Shown in pieces: positions 41,025 through 54,277 of a stretch of 64,000 nucleotides of DNA (its first letter is position 1; each line of letters starts with the position of its first letter). The stretch covers positions 6,076,001-6,140,000 of the forward strand of contig CDPCPM010000026.1 in the NCBI GenBank assembly GCA_976551045.1, read 5' to 3'. Both the position numbers and the translations under genes were made by a program. This stretch comes from Glaucostegus cemiculus (Eukaryota). The notes beneath the pieces were generated by a model, which was not told where the DNA came from, made no database searches, and worked only from the letters and a program-made list of their open reading frames with translations.

Positions 41025-42769
41025 CTGGGGGAGAAAAAGCACTGCTGGACCTTTATATCGTAGCCAAAATAACAACGTTATGAATAAATCATGCCACTGA
41101 ATTATCTCAGTCATTTCTTGGCTGTTGGGGAAATCAAAGACCCTGCATAAACTCGTTTAACTCCTATGGGGATAAATTTCCTATACTCACCCAGCAGCTA
41201 AGTTTGCTTTTCCCATGCAAAGTTAAATAAAATATTACTGTAAGGTCATAAAAATAATTAGTTGTGTCTCATCTCCTCTCTCCCTGGAAATCAAATTTGA
41301 CCCTTATGTTTTATGTATGTTTTTGCACCAAAGACATGACTATGCCAATGGCTGCAATTACACAATACACCTTGTGTCCACTGATGACTTTTTCATGGGT
41401 TTATATGACAGAAGGACTAACTTAAAAAAAATTAGTAAGTCTTTTAAATGATGTATAAAATGTAACTCTACTTTTCGGTGGGCTTAAAGGTGATTTAATA
41501 ATGCATTCAAAGAATTCTAGAAAACTTAATCTTCAGTGAACTGGCAATTTAATAGTGAAAGCATGTTATGTTCTTTAAAAGCTTCATGTGTATTTGAAAT
41601 TGCAATTAAACCAAACTATGTAGTCCTGACCCACAAGCAGAAGTGCTTAATGAAATGAATTTCTTCTCCAAGTTGGGCTAAACTTCATCAGAATTCCATT
41701 TTGCTGGCTCTGAATTATAAATGAAAATACACTGTTATGAATATCCAGTAATTCCACTTTTTCCTTCCCATGAATTAAAAAGTCCCTTCATGTCAACAGA
41801 AAACTACGTTCACACCAGGTGCACTGGCAGGACGACAAGTAATACTCCCCTACTCTGTGTACTTTGCTTTAAGAGATGAATCATTAAGACGACGGAAGGA
41901 AAAGGCTTTAAAGACCAGATATGACTGAATGAGATGGAATGGTAGTTAGGAAGGTGGTGAGTGAAAAAGAATGAAGCAGGAGGGAATGAGCAGATTGTTG
42001 AAGGAGCAATCAGTCAGGAAGATTAAGTGGAAAGAGGAAAGGCCAGGAGAGAATATGTAAGATAAAAATTCCTGTGACAATGAGGATAGTTTCCAGACCT
42101 CAGAAGTAATCATTAGCAAAAATAATTCAGATGAAAGGATTGAGAACAAATATGGAAAATTAGCTTTTGAGGGTTTTGTAAGAGTGAATAAATACACATT
42201 TCTTCTTTGTACCAAATGTAATGTTTATCTTGCTGTCAATATTCTGTTTGAAGACCCTTGGGTTCTAATCTTCAAAGTTAACTTGGTTGTTGGGGGGAAA
42301 AAAATCACATTCTAACTTGAAGGGAGGGATATGAATCCAAGAAGTCATTGCATGTGAATTGACAATTTGGATTTGCATGGTATTTAAAGAAGACCAGCCT
42401 CCATAATCTATGTATGAGCTAATGCACAATGCTATTTTCACTCATTCTATCTTTACATTTTTGGCCTGCAAACACTTCTCTATTTCTCTTCACAATTTAG
42501 AAGCAGGTTATGTGCTGGTTCTTCCAAAACATTTTATATGGGAGAATAGAATGTATATCTACCTGTTCTGCTGTTCCTGGTGACATGCACTTGTCTTTTG
42601 ATGTGTCGGGTAATGGACTCACAGTTGTGATCAAGTTCCTTAATGACCTGTTTTGGGATGTGATGATGGAAGTGGCAGCCTTTCCTACACCAATGGTCCT
42701 ATTATTTAGGGAACTGAAAACAATGATAAATTATAGTTCCACACAAAATCATTCAGGAGGTCATTTGGC

Positions 42770-42950
42770 TGAAAAATAGAAAATGCTAGAAATACTCAGC
42801 TGGTCAGGCAGCATCTGTGGAAGAAGAAACTGAGTCAATATTTCAGGTTAAAGATGTTTTGTTAGAACCAGGAAAGTGAAAAACCAGTTAGTTTTAAGTT
42901 GCAGAGAGAATGAATAGAACAAAGGCAATATCTCTGATAAGTCAAGGCCA
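42770..42950 (-). mobile_element. PLE pseudo-LTR end
   Basis: aaatgctagaaatactcagctggtcaggcagcatctgtgga. Confidence 0.75.
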
Positions 42951-43447
42951 GTGTCATTGTGCTGGGAAGCTGTTGATGAATTTAGTACATCATCACATCA
43001 ATCTCAGTTGTTTCAGCTGGCTGAGCCATTATGATGTAGGAATGCCATTTCGTTTAGATGTGCAGAACCTGATCTTAGCAGATAGGTGTTGTCTAACGAC
43101 ACTACCGATGACTCCTTCCGTCATGGTGACAGTGAAGGGATTGATAGGACATTATCTGCTGGGTTAGATATACAGTATTTTTTTTTCTAGTTTATCTTTA
43201 CCAGGTGACAAAACCTATCCAACTTATTCGTGATTGACTAATCTTTCAGTAGTACTGCTTAACACTGGCTAAAGTAGTGTGGCAGGTAAAGCTGAGTAAA
43301 TGGGGGAAAAGGTTTGCCTGTGCTGATGTGTGCGATAGTTTCCCAACATTGTCAATGTTATTACTAAAGGAGAGAAGAAAGCCTGGCACAAATCTGTAAA
43401 TAGTCATCTTGGATGCAAAGCAAGAAAATGAAAAAGCGTGAATGCTG

Positions 43448-43563
43448 GCCCAGGCCTCTTTAGTGCCAGTTCCATTGCCCTCAATTCCTAAGTCTTTCAA
43501 AAGTTGATCTACCTCCTCTTTAAATACCTTCCAAAATCTCACCTCCACAACCCTTTCTGGCAG
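43448..43563 (-). mobile_element. CR1 3' fragment, closely similar to 44013-44128
   Basis: Shares gtctttcaaaa-ttgatctacctcctctttaaataccttc...ctccacaaccct with the nearby CR1. Confidence 0.75.
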
Positions 43564-43861
43564 GCATGGTAGTGTAGCGGTTAGCATAATGCTATTACAG
43601 CGCCAGCGACCTGGGTTTAATTCTGGCCGCTGACTGTAAGGAGTTTTACGTTCTCCCTGTGTCTGAGTGGGTTTCCTCCGGGTGCTGTGGTTTTTGAGGG
43701 CCACATTCCAAAGACATACAGGTTAGGAAGTTGTGGGCATGCTATGTTGGCACCAGAAGCATTGTTTCACTTGCGGGCTGCCCCCAGAACACTACACAGA
43801 AGATGTATTTCACTGTTTGTTTCAATGTATGTGTGACTAATAAAGATATCTTATTTTATCT
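43561..43861 (+). mobile_element. HE1/V-type SINE
   Basis: tRNA-like head (gtagcggttagc; ggtttaattc), V-domain taaggagttttacgttctccc, aataaa tail. Confidence 0.88.
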
Positions 43862-43924
43862 AAAATATAAACTTTACCCTATCTTCATACACCTTTATTA
43901 TGCAACAGATATAGTGTACATTTC

Positions 43925-45025
43925 TAGTAGGACACAAGAAAATAAGGACAGAAATAGGCTACCCGACACCTCATGCTTGTTTGACATTCAATGTGATCAT
44001 GGCTGATTTTTGCCCCAGGCCACCTCTGTGCCAGTTTCATCGCCCTCAGTTCCTCAGTCTTTCAAAAATTGATCTACCTCCTCTTTAAATACCTTCAGAA
44101 ATCTCGCCTCCACAACCCTCTGTGGCAGAGAATTACAAAGATTCATCCCCTTCTGCAAGAAGTTCCTACCTATCTTAATTTTAAATGACCTCCCCTTGTA
44201 ACTACAGCCTCTTGCTTGAGACTCTCCCACCAATGGAAACATATCATCACTTAATGCCATTACATCCTCTCAGGATCTTATGTTTCAATAAGATCACCCC
44301 TCATTCCTTTAAATTCCAAATAATATAGATAATAACTTTTTAACCTTTCATGATAAGACAAACCTGCCATCAGAGGAATCAGTCAAGTGAATCTCTTTTG
44401 GACTGCCTCCAATGCTAATATATCCTTTCTTAAATAAGAAATAATTCTGTGCTATGTGACCCTATGACCAAAACTGTACACTATACTCCAGCTGTGGTTC
44501 ACCAATATCCTTACAAATGCAACAATATTTATCTGTTTTTATACTCCAACTCCCTTGCAGTAAAGGCTAATATGCTATTTGCCTTCCTAACCACTTGCTG
44601 CACCTTAACTGCTAACTCTTTTGTGCTTCAAGAACAAGAGCACCTAGATCCCTCTGTACTCCACTTATGTGCAATCTCTCTCCAATAGACTATCTTTTGA
44701 TTCCCTTTACTGAAGTGCATAACCTCACACCTTAAGCTCAATTGACCAAATTTATGGCAATTCGTTATTTATATCCTGTTGGAGAGTCCAAAAGTCCTCA
44801 TTGCAGAATGCCCTCCCACCTGTTTTTGTGCATTTAGCAAACTTGGACACTTTGCACTCCGCCCCCTCCTCTGGATCGTTAATATAAATCATCAATAATT
44901 GAGGGCCAAAAACAACCCTTGGGACACTCAATTGAATGACCAATTTATTCCAATTGTCCTTTTCTTGATAACCAGTTTTCAGTCCATGCTAACATACTTC
45001 CCTCAATACCGTGACCTCTTAGACC
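43925..45025 (-). mobile_element. CR1 LINE (RT to 3' end), degraded
   Basis: VPRVVFGPQLLMIYIND...KVSKFA (ORF 44752..44943) and NSLPQRVVEA (ORF 44054..44260). Confidence 0.88.
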
Positions 45026-46109
45026 TATGAGAAGTTTAGCATACCTCTCGTGTTCGTGTTTGATGGCCTGTATTAGTGTAGTCGAGTTCTGGCCCAGCAC
45101 ATTGTTAATTTTGTACCTGTTCCAGTTGTTATCTTTGTGTAGAGGAATTTATGAGGATGTTTCCTCTGGCAACTCTCACATGTTTTATGAACTTACAGAA
45201 AACACTTGCCTGATTTGGCAGATCCCTTTGCAGCAACTTTTAATTACAGGGAAACATATTGTCACAACACACCTCATAACAATGGGGAAACCTGTCTGGT
45301 TCTTAAGTTATCTGCAGGTCCAATTAGAAGAAATGGCATTCTAATGTCATAATTTCTCTGCCGTCAAAAACGGCCAAGAATGATGTAATGATTTATTAAG
45401 TGAAGGTGTGGGAAAATACTTGCTGAGGTACTAATGTGCCACTGCATTTGGTGCATCCTCAGAGAACTAAATCCTCCTAATCTAAATATAGTAGTGTGAG
45501 AACACAACAGAAACACTCAAGAGGTTTCCAATTCTCAGCACATTACAAGGTGAGATCTGTGTTAATTTTAAATGGAAAAGATGTAATCTATGGTTTAGTT
45601 TGGGTGAAATTTGCCACAGGAGCCAATTTGAATGGTTAATGCACAGAAATAAGACTCTCATTTATCCGTAGCATGGATTCTTTTCACTCTCTGACAACAT
45701 TGCGTGTAAAATCCAGCTCTTTGATATTTGGATTAAAGCATGTAAAGTTATGATCATGTCTGATATTACTGATGTGGTCATGAATTGGTCATGGCTGATC
45801 CTCCTAATCTAAGTGTAGCAGCTCAGAACCCTCAAGACTTTCCATATCTTTTGCTGAGAATGGCAAAATTCTGATTGCAGCTGATATTCTGATCTTGCCT
45901 GACAAAATCATAACTGAATTTACCAACATAGCTAAAGATATGATCAATGTTTATTGCCATATTGCTCATAAAAAGAGCATTTATACAACAAGGCTCTGCC
46001 CCAAAGATTCTATTCAAGTTCAAGGTTAAATGTAATTTACTTAAACATACCTGAGAGATTTAATGCATGTAGAGTTTTATATACATGAAAAAGGTATGGG
46101 GTCCAAAGT

Positions 46110-46620
46110 TAGCACATGAATGTAAGTAAACAAAGTTGAATGCGATCTGAGTTTTTGGTGAAGCAGTTGCTGATAATGCAAATAGAATGATAAGCCATAT
46201 AACCACAAGACAAGGAGACAAGTCAGTGAAAATCATGCAGAACTTGTAAGATACTCTGGTTAGACCACAACTTCTGCACTTTGTTCACTTCTACTCACCT
46301 ATTCACAAGGGAGAAATTCAGACCTTGCAATTGGTTTGGCAAAAAGCCACAAGGCTGATTTCTAAGATCAAAAGACAGTGCTTTGAGGAAATTTTGTTGA
46401 AACTCAGGCTTTTCCACATTGAAAGCATTAAAATGATGTGATCTTACACACTGTTAACAGTAGAGGAGGAGGAAATCAAACTAAACAGTGATGATGGGAC
46501 AGTAGAATACAAATTAATTGGTTTTAAATTGAGTAGCAGAGGTGGTTATCCTAAACTTATCTAACAAACAGTCAGATACTTTGTGGTGGACAAGTTAAAA
46601 TAGATCATACTGCCATTCTT
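46110..46620 (+). mobile_element. Highly degraded CR1-like fragment
   Basis: TLVRPQL-like motif (actctggttagaccacaactt) and GF-like motif (ctcaggcttttcc). Confidence 0.5.
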
Positions 46621-46929
46621 ATTTGTCTCCACCCTAAGTCAAAGGAATTAAATATTTCTCACGTCCAGAATTATGTCTTCCTCAAGTTGGTAAGCCTTCA
46701 TGAGTGTAAAGGTTCCATTACATTATTACCTCAAGATTCCTAGATGATCTTTCCATGGTCTCTCCTGTTTCTAATAATCTAGGTAATGACTCATCCCAAT
46801 AAGCTCAGTCAAAGTCATGAAGTCAATTTTCATATGTAGGAATAATTCCCAGTTTTAACTCACCACTGTCCCTCTGAAGGTGAGACATAATTTTCTCTAA
46901 GTGTACCTTTTGAGCACTGAAGTCGCTTT

Positions 46930-47200
46930 CTGGAGTCACAGCATAAATTTCATTGCCTTTTTTCCACTCCTATCCGAATCCTATTTGAGACTGAGTGGGC
47001 TTCTGAGCCTATATCTCTCCATCTCTAAGGTTTATTCCGCATATATAGCATTGCCTGTCTCTGCCTCAGTCTCAGCCCACCAGTTGCTGTAATCTTCATT
47101 TCTGCTGTTGTTACTTCCAGAATTGATTTTCCAGTGTTCTCTTGGCCAGCATCCTATTTTCCATTCTCCATGAGCTTGAGCTCATTCCAAACTCTGTATC
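46930..47200 (+). mobile_element. L2 LINE RT C-terminal remnant
   Basis: Frameshifted AVVTSRIDF...LLA...LHELELIPNS resembles L2 AFVTSRLDY..LLAG...KLQLIQN. Confidence 0.65.
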
Positions 47201-47404
47201 CTAATAAAAATGTGAAAACATTCAAGCATGCTCTATCATTTCAATAAGGTCATGGCTGATCTTCAACTTCATTCACTCTCCTTCCAAATCCCCAAATCTC
47301 TTGATTCTCTTCATGTTCAAAAATTTATTGATCTCAGCATTGAATATATTCATCAGCATGGTTCACCAAAGCCTTGTAAAATTACAGGAAGACTTATTTA
47401 TGTT

Positions 47405-47505
47405 GATAGAAAAAGCAGAAAATGTAGGAAACATTCAGCAGGTCAGGCAGCCTTTGTGGAAAGAGAATCAGTCAATGTTTCAGGTTTGAGTCCCTTCATC
47501 AATTC
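47405..47505 (-). mobile_element. PLE end within a CR1 remnant
   Basis: Minus strand: TTGATGA-agggactcaaacct-GAAAC-ATT-gactg. Confidence 0.75.
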
Positions 47506-49484
47506 TCTTGAATTTTTTATTGGATTTATTCATGATAATCATAAATATACCATATAGTTCCAGCTTCCCCTGCAAGAGGGAATATTTTTCTGTGCCTATC
47601 CTTTCATTAGCTTAGTCATTCAAGGTGTGTGCCATTGCCAAGTGGTGTGATCACTTCTTCAGAGGCCATTTGCAGTTCTTGCAGTCAGCACTGAACTTGG
47701 TGATGGACAGCCATTGCCAGTATGCAACATGGTTGATTTACCACAATCCAAGTCTAACATCATGAAGACCCCAATTGTAGAGATTGGTCATGTACTAACC
47801 CAAACCTGTGAGAAACCTATTAAGCTGTTGCCACAAGTCCAATTAATTGTTAATCAATGGTTTCAGCAATGAGCCTTGAAGGATACTCCAACCTATAGTT
47901 TCTCAACCTCTACTCTGTTTTCTGTTCTGTAGTCATCTTACTACCTACTGATAGCTACTTGTCCCCTGATTCCCCAAGCATTGATCTTAATCATGAATCA
48001 ATTATGCAGTGCTAACCCAAAGCAAATCCAGAAACATTGTCTGTTGGTCTGTTCTTGCTTACCATTTCTTTTCCTTCAATAAGTTTGGCTAAGCATGTCC
48101 CTTCTTTTGGGCATTTGTGCTGACTGCTTTTGATTGTATTTTTATTCTCAATATTTTCAATTACATTTTTAAGTATAAGAGAATTGTAAATTAGATTGCA
48201 GCAATTCAGTAAGTTAATGGGAGTTTATTCCTGAAACCAAAATATTAACTATTATAAAGAATTTAAGTAAAACCAAAAAACTTTATCAAAATGAATCTGA
48301 AGTTAGCATTCAGTATTTTTGAGTAATTCTCCATTAGTCTATATCAAAAGCATTTGCTCTCGTTTTTCAAACAGCTGAAATTAAATTTGGAGCTGGGGTG
48401 ATATCAAAAGGTAAAAAATATGTAGGTGGTATCTCAATGGATTGTGCTCTGCAGGCCTGAATTTGCTCATAAGATCCAGGATTTTTTTTTAAAGAGTTCA
48501 CAATTAGTAAGTCTACTGCCAACCATGCAACAGGATGTAATTTAATTAATCCCAGAGAAAGAGAAAGATCATGATGACATCTTGAAATACTATTGAAAAT
48601 CTTTCTCACAATTTAGAAGAGTTATAGCTATATGTACTGAATATGATTTAATCAAATGCATACTTATTTAATGATCTAATATTGTAAGGGAAAAGCTCAG
48701 CAATTGGGCTACATTAAGTTATAGGCAGAAAAGCCAATTGATTGAGATGTCATTTCACATGTTCTGAAAAAATATTTGAAGCCTGCATTTTGGAATTTGC
48801 GTCAGTTGCTGTATTTGATAAACTGCAATTACGTTCATGACAAAGACCACTGATTTATAGTTATCACCAAAAATGGAGAAACTTGCAAAATTCAATCCTC
48901 AAAACAAGGCACAGAATCTTGTAATAAAAATGGAATCTGGATTAGTCACTCACTCAAAACTATTGATCCTAATTGTAAACAGATGGGATTGTGAAGAATG
49001 ACCTTGAAACTTTGGGAAATGTCCTGGAATCCCTTATAACACACCAAAATTGGTCTTATAGGCCCATTAGCTATTAAATATTGTTATTGTGGCCAATGAT
49101 TTCCTCTTCCTTGAATGAGGCGAGGAGCAGTTATACAGCAATGGTTTAAAGACAGAAGATAACTGTTTATATCACAATTCTTTGCATTTGTATATTCCTT
49201 ATGACAAAGTATATGAATACACCACTTTCTCAAATAACACTGAAGTATCCACATTAGTAGTCAAGACAAAGGAAAGGCAAACACTTACATCTTGAAATAA
49301 ATCATAATGAATAATTGATCAACATTTCTACTTGAATATCTATGGAAAGGTCTTTGTGATTATTCTCTCTATATAAATGCTGCTGAGCACTTCCAGTATT
49401 CTAACAGCTAGAAATTATAATGCATCCTAAAGTGAGATTGTTCAGAGGGGTAGGAGGGTGATGGAATATTCTATTCTTTGAAGC

Positions 49485-49704
49485 CTAAGAGGGTGAGGTT
49501 GATATCTGGAATACACTGCCTGAGGAGGTGGTACTATCAGATACAACGACTACATTTAAGAGGCATTTAGACAGGCATTTAAATAGGCAAGACATGAAAG
49601 AATACACATCTATTGCAGGCAAATGGGATTTGTGTAGATGGACAAAAGGTTAGCATGGAGTTGGTGGGCCAAAGGGCCTGTTTCTGTGCTGTATGACTCA
49701 ATGA
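49485..49704 (+). mobile_element. CR1 3' end
   Basis: WNTLPEEVV...FKRHLDRH plus the tail gggccaaagggcctgtttctgtgctgtatgactc. Confidence 0.85.
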
Positions 49705-49952
49705 GGTGATGGTTAGGGAGTGGAGGCCAAGGAGATAATTGGTGGAAGGAGATGGGAGGGACATAATTGCTCGTGGATGAGAGACAATGATAGGGGCTGT
49801 GGAGATGAGGATAAGACGATCTGTCCAGATGGCTGCAAATGGGGTCAGTTGGGAGGATGACTGGGGATGTTGTCAGGGAGATAATTGATACAGTTGGGGA
49901 GGTAAATTATTAGGGGTCACTGAGGAAAACTGGAAGTTTTTGAGTGATTTGA

Positions 49953-50607
49953 GTGGCCAGCCACTTCAATTCCACATCCCACTCCCATACTGACATGTCT
50001 GTCCACAGCCTCCTCTACTGCCATGTTGAGGCCAGATGCAGGTTGGAGGAACACCTTGTATTCTGCCTTGGTAGTTTCCAACCAAACGGCCTCAACATTG
50101 ATTTCTCTAACTTCCAGTAAATCGTCCCTAACTTATTCCCCCTTCTTCCCTCCCCCCCCTTGTCTTCCCTCATTCATTTGGCCCCCTCAACCCTTCTCCT
50201 TCCCCTCCCCTGCCCTCATGACCTTTCTATCTATTCCCCACCTCCTTCCCTTTATTCCAAGGTCCACTGCCCTCTCCTGCCGGATTCCTCCTCCTCCAGC
50301 CCTTTGCCTCTTCTACCCATCACCTCTCAGCTTCTTGCATCACTCCCTTTCATCCCCCCTCCCCCAGCCACCTACCTTCCCCCTCACACCTGGACTCACC
50401 TATCACCTGCCAGTCTGTGCTTCTCCCCCTCCCCCTCCCCAACCTTCATATTCTGGCTTCTGCCTTCTCTTTTTCCAGTCCTGATGAAAGGTCTCGACCC
50501 GAAACACTGACTGTTCATTTCCCTCCATTGATGCTGCCTGATCTGTTGAGTTCCTCTAGCATTTTGTGTGTTGCTCCAGATTCCAGTATCTGCAGAATCT
50601 TTTGTGT
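49953..50607 (+). mobile_element. Penelope-like retroelement 3' end: GIY-YIG endonuclease C-terminus plus pseudo-LTR
   Basis: 49953-50120 reads VASHFNSTSHSHTDMSVHSLLYCHVEARCRLEEHLVFCLGSFQPNGLNIDFSNFQ*, followed by a C/T-rich UTR and a hammerhead motif. Confidence 0.9.
50476..50513 (+). ncRNA. Minimal type I hammerhead ribozyme motif (cleavage triplet mutated)
   Basis: cagtc-CTGATGA-aaggtctcgaccc-GAAAC-act-gactg; stem I cagtc/gactg is perfect. Confidence 0.7.
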
Positions 50608-50729
50608 TGAAGTAAGTCAAAGCTGGCCTGAGTGGGGGAGGTGGGTTAAAAGTTAAAGGAACCTATCTGAAGAAAAATTAATGCCCTAAATCCTTGGGAA
50701 CTGGATAAATTGGTGAGGGTCCTTTAACC

Positions 50730-51380
50730 AATGCCAAAGTTGAGCTCAATCCTTCAATCACCAGTTCCCTCTTGAAGACCACACTGGGATTGGCCTTCAT
50801 CAGATCTTCAGGCAGTGCATCCAAATTCCAACCACATGCTGCATAAAAAATGTTTTTCCTCATGTCACTCTTAACTCTCTTATTTGTCTTATAACTGTGG
50901 AGACTTGTCCTCAACCCCTCTGCCAAAGAGGAGCAGCTTCCCATAATCTTCTCTATCAAGACCATTCATCGTTTTGTATACCTATCAACTCACACTTCAG
51001 TTTTCTCTTCTACAAAGAAAGCAGTTTAGCTACTCTATCATTTTAACTGAAGTTCCTTATCCTAAGGATCATTCTGGTAAGTCTTTTCTGGACCCTCTCT
51101 AAAGTCCTTACATTCTTCCTGCAACATGGCAATCAGAACAAAACAATTCTCCAGACCAGTGTTTTATAAAGGTTCAGCATAACTGCCTTGCTTTTATACT
51201 ATATGCCTCTATTGATAAATCCCAGACTGTAAATGTCTTATTAATTGTATACTGTATCCAAAGCGCATTGAAAAATTATGATCAGTGCCCCCACAATTTC
51301 CTTCCATATTTCCCTCAAAATCTTAGGATTTATCCCATCCTGTCCAGGTGACTTACCGACTTTAATTTTAGGCAACTTTT
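50730..51380 (-). mobile_element. Degraded CR1 fragments
   Basis: ...SDMRKNIF...WNLDALPE...VFKREL (ORF 50678..50965) and downstream CR1-like sequence. Confidence 0.7.
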
Positions 51381-54101
51381 CTAATACCTCCATGCTACCA
51401 ATTTTCTGTTACTGTGTTATGGTGATTTGAGTGCTGGTAACCAAGTACTCATTGCTGATATGTGAACCTTGACAGTTAGCTTCTCAGACTATTTGGCTTT
51501 GGGGCGTATCAAATGAAGTTTATTCCTGTTTTTACCTGAAGTGCACTCATGTAACACACACAGGACATAAGGATCATCTGTCGTGATCATAGTGTAAACC
51601 ATGGTTGATATTTCTTGTCACCAGTGAGGATATCCCTTCGCCAATTTTACAGTCTCCAAGATAAACTGTAGGCTCAAAACATAATGGCAAAATATCAGAG
51701 TCATCCGTGTTAAGTAAGAATTAACTTCTCACATTGACCCATTGACGATGTCCAACATTCTGTAATTTTAAAAAGTTGGAGAACATTCAAGATTATTTGG
51801 TTACAGTTGAGATGTTCAGACTTCTTGGCAAGGAATTGTGTGCAAAGCAACTAACTACAAATCTCCAACATGAACAGGGAGGAGTTAGTTTCAAATATCT
51901 TGGTATGAAAACAGAACAAGATGGATACTGAAAATGAACTCTAGCTCCCTGATGTAAATAATAGATAATGAACTGTTGAGCTATGGTAAAATCCTAAATC
52001 CTGATGGATTCAAGCAAGTTTGACCAAACATTTTGTTCCTGTTTTGATTTGATTGGAAATACAGTATATCTTCATGGCCTATTTTGCTATAACTATTATT
52101 TTCAGAAGATGATCAAAATGAATTGCTCTTAATGCCTCATGATCTGTTTTAGACTCCAGAGGTAAGGTACCTCTAACTTATGTGTAGAGACTCATCATCT
52201 GTATCTAAACGTTAATTTGCTAATTTGCTGTTGATATGGGATTTTCAAGATGAAACGCATTTCATTCTGCAATACACTCAATTCCTTATTGTGATAGGAA
52301 CATATTCCTACCTCGCACTAGATTCATAAAAAAATTTAATTTAGTACCCAGATTATCTCTCAAGGCAATTTAGCTGCCAAGGGACAAAGGCAGATTTAGA
52401 ATTCTAAACTTTAAAATTTCATATGACCATGCATTAACTTATCCATTCCATTCTGTCCCCTGGCAATTAGAATCAGAACTATGCAAATTAAATGGTCAGC
52501 AATCTCAACCATCCAGAACTCATAATCGAGCTGAAAAGATTAAACCTGGAAATTACTGTGAGCCACATCTTTGTACAATTGCTCTATGCACTCATCAGCA
52601 CCTTTCTCAAAGATTTTAACAAACGTTTGTTTAATGTGTAGGAGTTCTAGGCTAAGTAACACCATGGATAAACCAGTTAGAAGTTGTGACTACATTTGGG
52701 AAATAAATTGGTTTGTGTTTTATATGGGGAATGAGACTTCTGACTTTTTAATTTAAGTGAGAAGTCCTTTGCTGTTTACATTTGTTGCTATTGGAATTTA
52801 TATTAATTCAAGCACTTAAAAGGACTAGATACCATGATCGGCAAATTATGCAAACGACATTTGTGAATTACTGGGTGTTTCTGAACAAAAATTGTCTTCT
52901 CTGGGATATGAGAACCTGCACCCTTGCCCTGGGCCTTCAATTTCAAAGAATTCACACACAGAGTTTGTTTTGTCAATTAAACATTTCTAAGAACTTGTTG
53001 GACCTTTCCCAGATAAAATAATATTTCAGTAGGAGCAAAATTGATCTGTGTATTAGGTCAAAGAAAATGATATTCTTTCTAAAGATATTTACCTTTTTAC
53101 TATATCTGATGGATGGGGGAAATCTTATTGGGTTTTTGGATATGAGAACAAGGCTGTAGTGATTAGTCTGGAACAGTTTCAAAATATGGAAGTTTTATTA
53201 AAATTATTTCTAAAATCTAATTGTATGTGTCTGCTCCATCCCTGAACAGGTAAACAAGCTGATATTCCTCTGCCATCCTTTTATGGACACAGTAAAGGAG
53301 CAGATATAACAGACGTGTTTGCAGGGGTTCAGAGTTGAGTTACCTAAGGGATGGAACTTTCACAGATGGAATGAAATGGAAAGAAAGGACAAGTAAAATC
53401 AGCATTCTGCCTGTCTTCGTTAACATATTGATGGCTACAATGTGTTGGCTTCACCTTTCAGAATAGCAAACAAGTAGAGGTGTTTTTCTTTTTCCCACAT
53501 TGCTGAAAGGATGCAGAGCAGGATTGGTGTTCTCGGATAGGAGTGGTAGGATTCTGAAGCAAATGACCATTACTGCTCCCATCACCTGGGGCTTGCAGAA
53601 CTGGTACAGTTCTCTGCAGCTGCTTTTCTGCAACTTTTCTGTTCCTGGGGGTGTTCCTGTGCACTATTAAAGGTATCTGTACACATGGGCACACCAGACT
53701 CTGTCCCATCACGTAGCCTGCCCAGCCTGGATAATGTTGGGGTCGAGGATAGTGTGGTGATAAGAGGAAAATTAGCTTTACTCAATTCATATTTTTGATG
53801 GATTATGTGCATAAAGTTACTTTTCCTGTCCATATCAAGATACCTGCTTCCATTGAAACAGAACATCTAATTTAGCAAAAACATCCCCAAGCAATTCACA
53901 GGGGTATTATCATTAAAATTAGATGTTCATCCACATAACAAGATGTTGGGTAAACACCCTGTCACAATCTGCTGATGGATATGCCTATGACTGGACAATT
54001 GCCCAGGCTTATCCTGGGGTATATGCTTTGCTCATTTAAGTTCTTCACTGAAAGAATTTTGATGAGGGTAATGTTTAACATGTTGGATACCAGTAGTTAT
54101 A

Positions 54102-54277
54102 ACACGGACATAGAACAGTACAGCAGAGGAAAAGGCCCTTTCACCCACGATGTTGTGCCAAACTAATTAAGCTAATGATGCCTAATTAAACAAATTCTGC
54201 CTGCACATGGTCCATATCCCTCCATTCTCTGTATATTTGTGTGCTTATCTAAGAGCCTCTTCAACACGTCTATCGTT
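54102..54277 (-). mobile_element. CR1 3' tail
   Basis: catagaacagtacagcagaggaaaaggccctttcacccacgatgttgtgcc. Confidence 0.75.

Noticed and set aside
50023-50510. Pro/Ser/Leu-rich ORFs (also 57299..57736)
   Set aside because: Produced by the low-complexity C/T-rich PLE 3' UTR.
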